From the NCBI RefSeq assembly GCF_001194135.2, contig NC_068997.1, positions 13,722,542 to 13,786,541 of the forward strand: a DNA stretch of 64,000 bases. The letters run 5' to 3'. The DNA comes from Octopus bimaculoides. Taxonomy: Eukaryota. Below, piece after piece: positions 62,247-64,000 of the stretch (position 1 is its first letter; each line of letters starts with the position of its first letter). Under the pieces are notes generated by a model, which did not search any database, was not told the DNA's origin, and saw only the letters and a program-made list of their open reading frames with translations. Made by a program: the position numbers and the translations under genes.

Positions 62247-62918
62247 ATATATAAAAAAATAAATATACCAATACATTATATTGTCTTTGAGTTTTTGAAG
62301 TTCAATGGTAATCCATGTAGATAATAGTTGGAAAAACTAGGATGCATGAGGTTGAGAGTTGTGTTTTGTTTTAAAAAAGAAAGGGTCTGAAAGTTTGTGT
62401 TAAGCAGGAAGTGTGGTGTCAAAACAGGAAGTGGGTGTAAGGGAAGACAATTCTGTGGGTTTTATACTCTTTAGTTGGAGTTCTGGACTCCTTGTCATCA
62501 GGAAGTTTATGTCTGTTCTTAGAGAAATATGGTCACCGATGGGTTTGTGTGTTAAGAAGTGGTTAGAATTTCTCTATAAAAAGATTCTCCTTGTTGATTC
62601 TTTCTTGTGTGGAGATTCTCTCTTTACATTGATAGAAAGGGAATATAAGGGATTTAGTGTTTTTGTTTCTGGCGCAAGAGTCTATGTAGTCACTGAATAT
62701 AGAGTATAAAACCCACAGAATTGTCTTCCCTTACACACACTTCCTGTTTTGACACCACACTTCCTGCTTAACACAAACTTTCAGACCCTTTCTTTCTTTA
62801 AACAAAACACAACTCTCAATCATTCTAGTTTTTCCAACTATTATCTACATGGATTACCATTGAACTTTAAAAACTCAAAGACAATATAATGTATTGGTAT
62901 ATTTATTTCTTTATATAT
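62247..62918 (-). mobile_element. Penelope-like element 3' fragment with inverted duplication of its 3' tail
   Basis: Arms 62247-62470 and 62701-62918 are near-identical inverted copies (few substitutions, one indel of about 6 nt). The 230-nt spacer encodes a GIY-YIG C-terminus on the minus strand. Confidence 0.85.
62533..62700 (-). pseudogene. GIY-YIG endonuclease C-terminal remnant of a PLE
   Basis: IFSDYIDSCARNKNTKSLIFPFYQCKERISTQERINKENLFIEKF*PLLNTQTHR*. Contains the IFPFY and R-x-x-KE-x-x-FI-x3-P-x-LN motifs, with one in-frame TAA at 62565-62563. Confidence 0.8.
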
Positions 62919-63056
62919 TATTTTTTAATTTTTTGTAAAAAACATTTTCATTCTCTCTCTTCTTGAAAATTTGCCATGCAATGAAAGCCGGTTAGAAATC
63001 CAGCACAATCTTCGGGCACTATAGACATGCCATAAGTAATATTTATAAATACTTAT

Positions 63057-63270
63057 ATTGGTTTCAAAATTTGGCAGAAGGCCAGTAACTTTGAGGAGAG
63101 AGCAAGTAGTTTACATGATTACATCGACCCCAGGGTTCAAGTAATACTTATTTTATCAACACCGAAATGATGAAAGGCAAAGTCGACCTCGGTGGGATTT
63201 GAACTCAGAACATAAAGACAGACGAAATGCTGCTAAGCTTTGTTCGGCACGGTAATGATACTACCAGTTC
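63057..63270 (-). mobile_element. SINE family B
   Basis: ATTGGTTTCAAAATTTGGCA tail and AAAGTCGACCTCGGTGGGATTTGAACTCAGAACATAAAGACAGACG core. Confidence 0.85.
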
Positions 63271-63567
63271 TGTATTGTTATATACATATATTAGGAGAAA
63301 ATGAAATGAGTCATTATGGAAATGAGAAATCTGTTTCATTAATTTTTTTTGAAGTAATAAATTATTTTCTTTAAGAATTAGTGTTCCTTTCAACATTTTG
63401 TATAAGCTCCAAGATGTCTGATAAAAGTTACGTTATATTTATTCTATGTTCACCATTTTTGCTGTTATTATCAATTTAGACAAACGTATACTTCTAATGT
63501 TACCTGACATATGACGGTTAATATTTTAACATGTACGTACATATATACACGCGCAAGTCTGGACACA

Positions 63568-63606
<39 letters not shown>

Positions 63607-63936
63607 ATACGTATGTATATATGACTGTATGACTATATATAATTGGATTGCGATTTGTTATATCGAATCTTATCTGTAAGTCAAGAACGAAATATGAAAC
63701 ATGAAAGAATGTATTCTGCAAAGATGAAAGTCAATGTGAAATAGTCTGAAGTTCTCACTGGAAAGCTGACGTTATTAAAATTCCTCATTTGAAATCATAC
63801 GTTCAAAAAGTTACTACCCAGTCTCAAATGTGAGGGAAGATGTAAAGTAATTTAATCTTTTATTCTTTGTGCGTTCCACTTGTTTATGGATGCGCGTGTT
63901 ACATAATGTTGAGTTTGCGAAACCCTAGGTCACTAA

Positions 63937-63989
<53 letters not shown>

Positions 63990-64000
63990 NNNNNNNNNNT

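Overview
AT-rich animal genomic DNA with no recognisable host exon. It has 14 N-gaps, dense (TA)n/(CA)n/(GA)n and trinucleotide microsatellites, and about 40 SINE copies or fragments from several tRNA-derived families. This landscape is most consistent with a coleoid cephalopod such as Octopus (inference, not verified). The ORF track consists of microsatellite, gap and repeat artefacts. Manual translation shows decayed retroelement coding remnants: three Penelope-like element (PLE) pieces (RT at 20.6 kb; linker/GIY-YIG/Cys-rich end at 26.8-27.3 kb; GIY-YIG C-terminus at 62.5-62.7 kb), a CR1/Jockey-group LINE 3' end (23.9-24.4 kb) and a possible I-group LINE end. There is also an internally deleted mariner and one hAT end. 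The main hidden signal is a set of minimal type-I hammerhead ribozyme (HHR) motifs from at least two clear repeat families plus several decayed ones. One family is a short non-coding element joining a tRNA-derived Pol III head, an (AAT)n tract and an intact-core HHR (4.1-4.6 kb as a head-to-head inverted pair; 55.6-55.9 kb). It is a candidate Pol III-driven, PLE-mobilised ribozyme SINE. Three independent tail-outward inverted duplications (4.1-4.6, 61.4-61.7, 62.2-62.9 kb) fit PLE-style insertion. All alignments and translations were done by eye, so boundaries are approximate.
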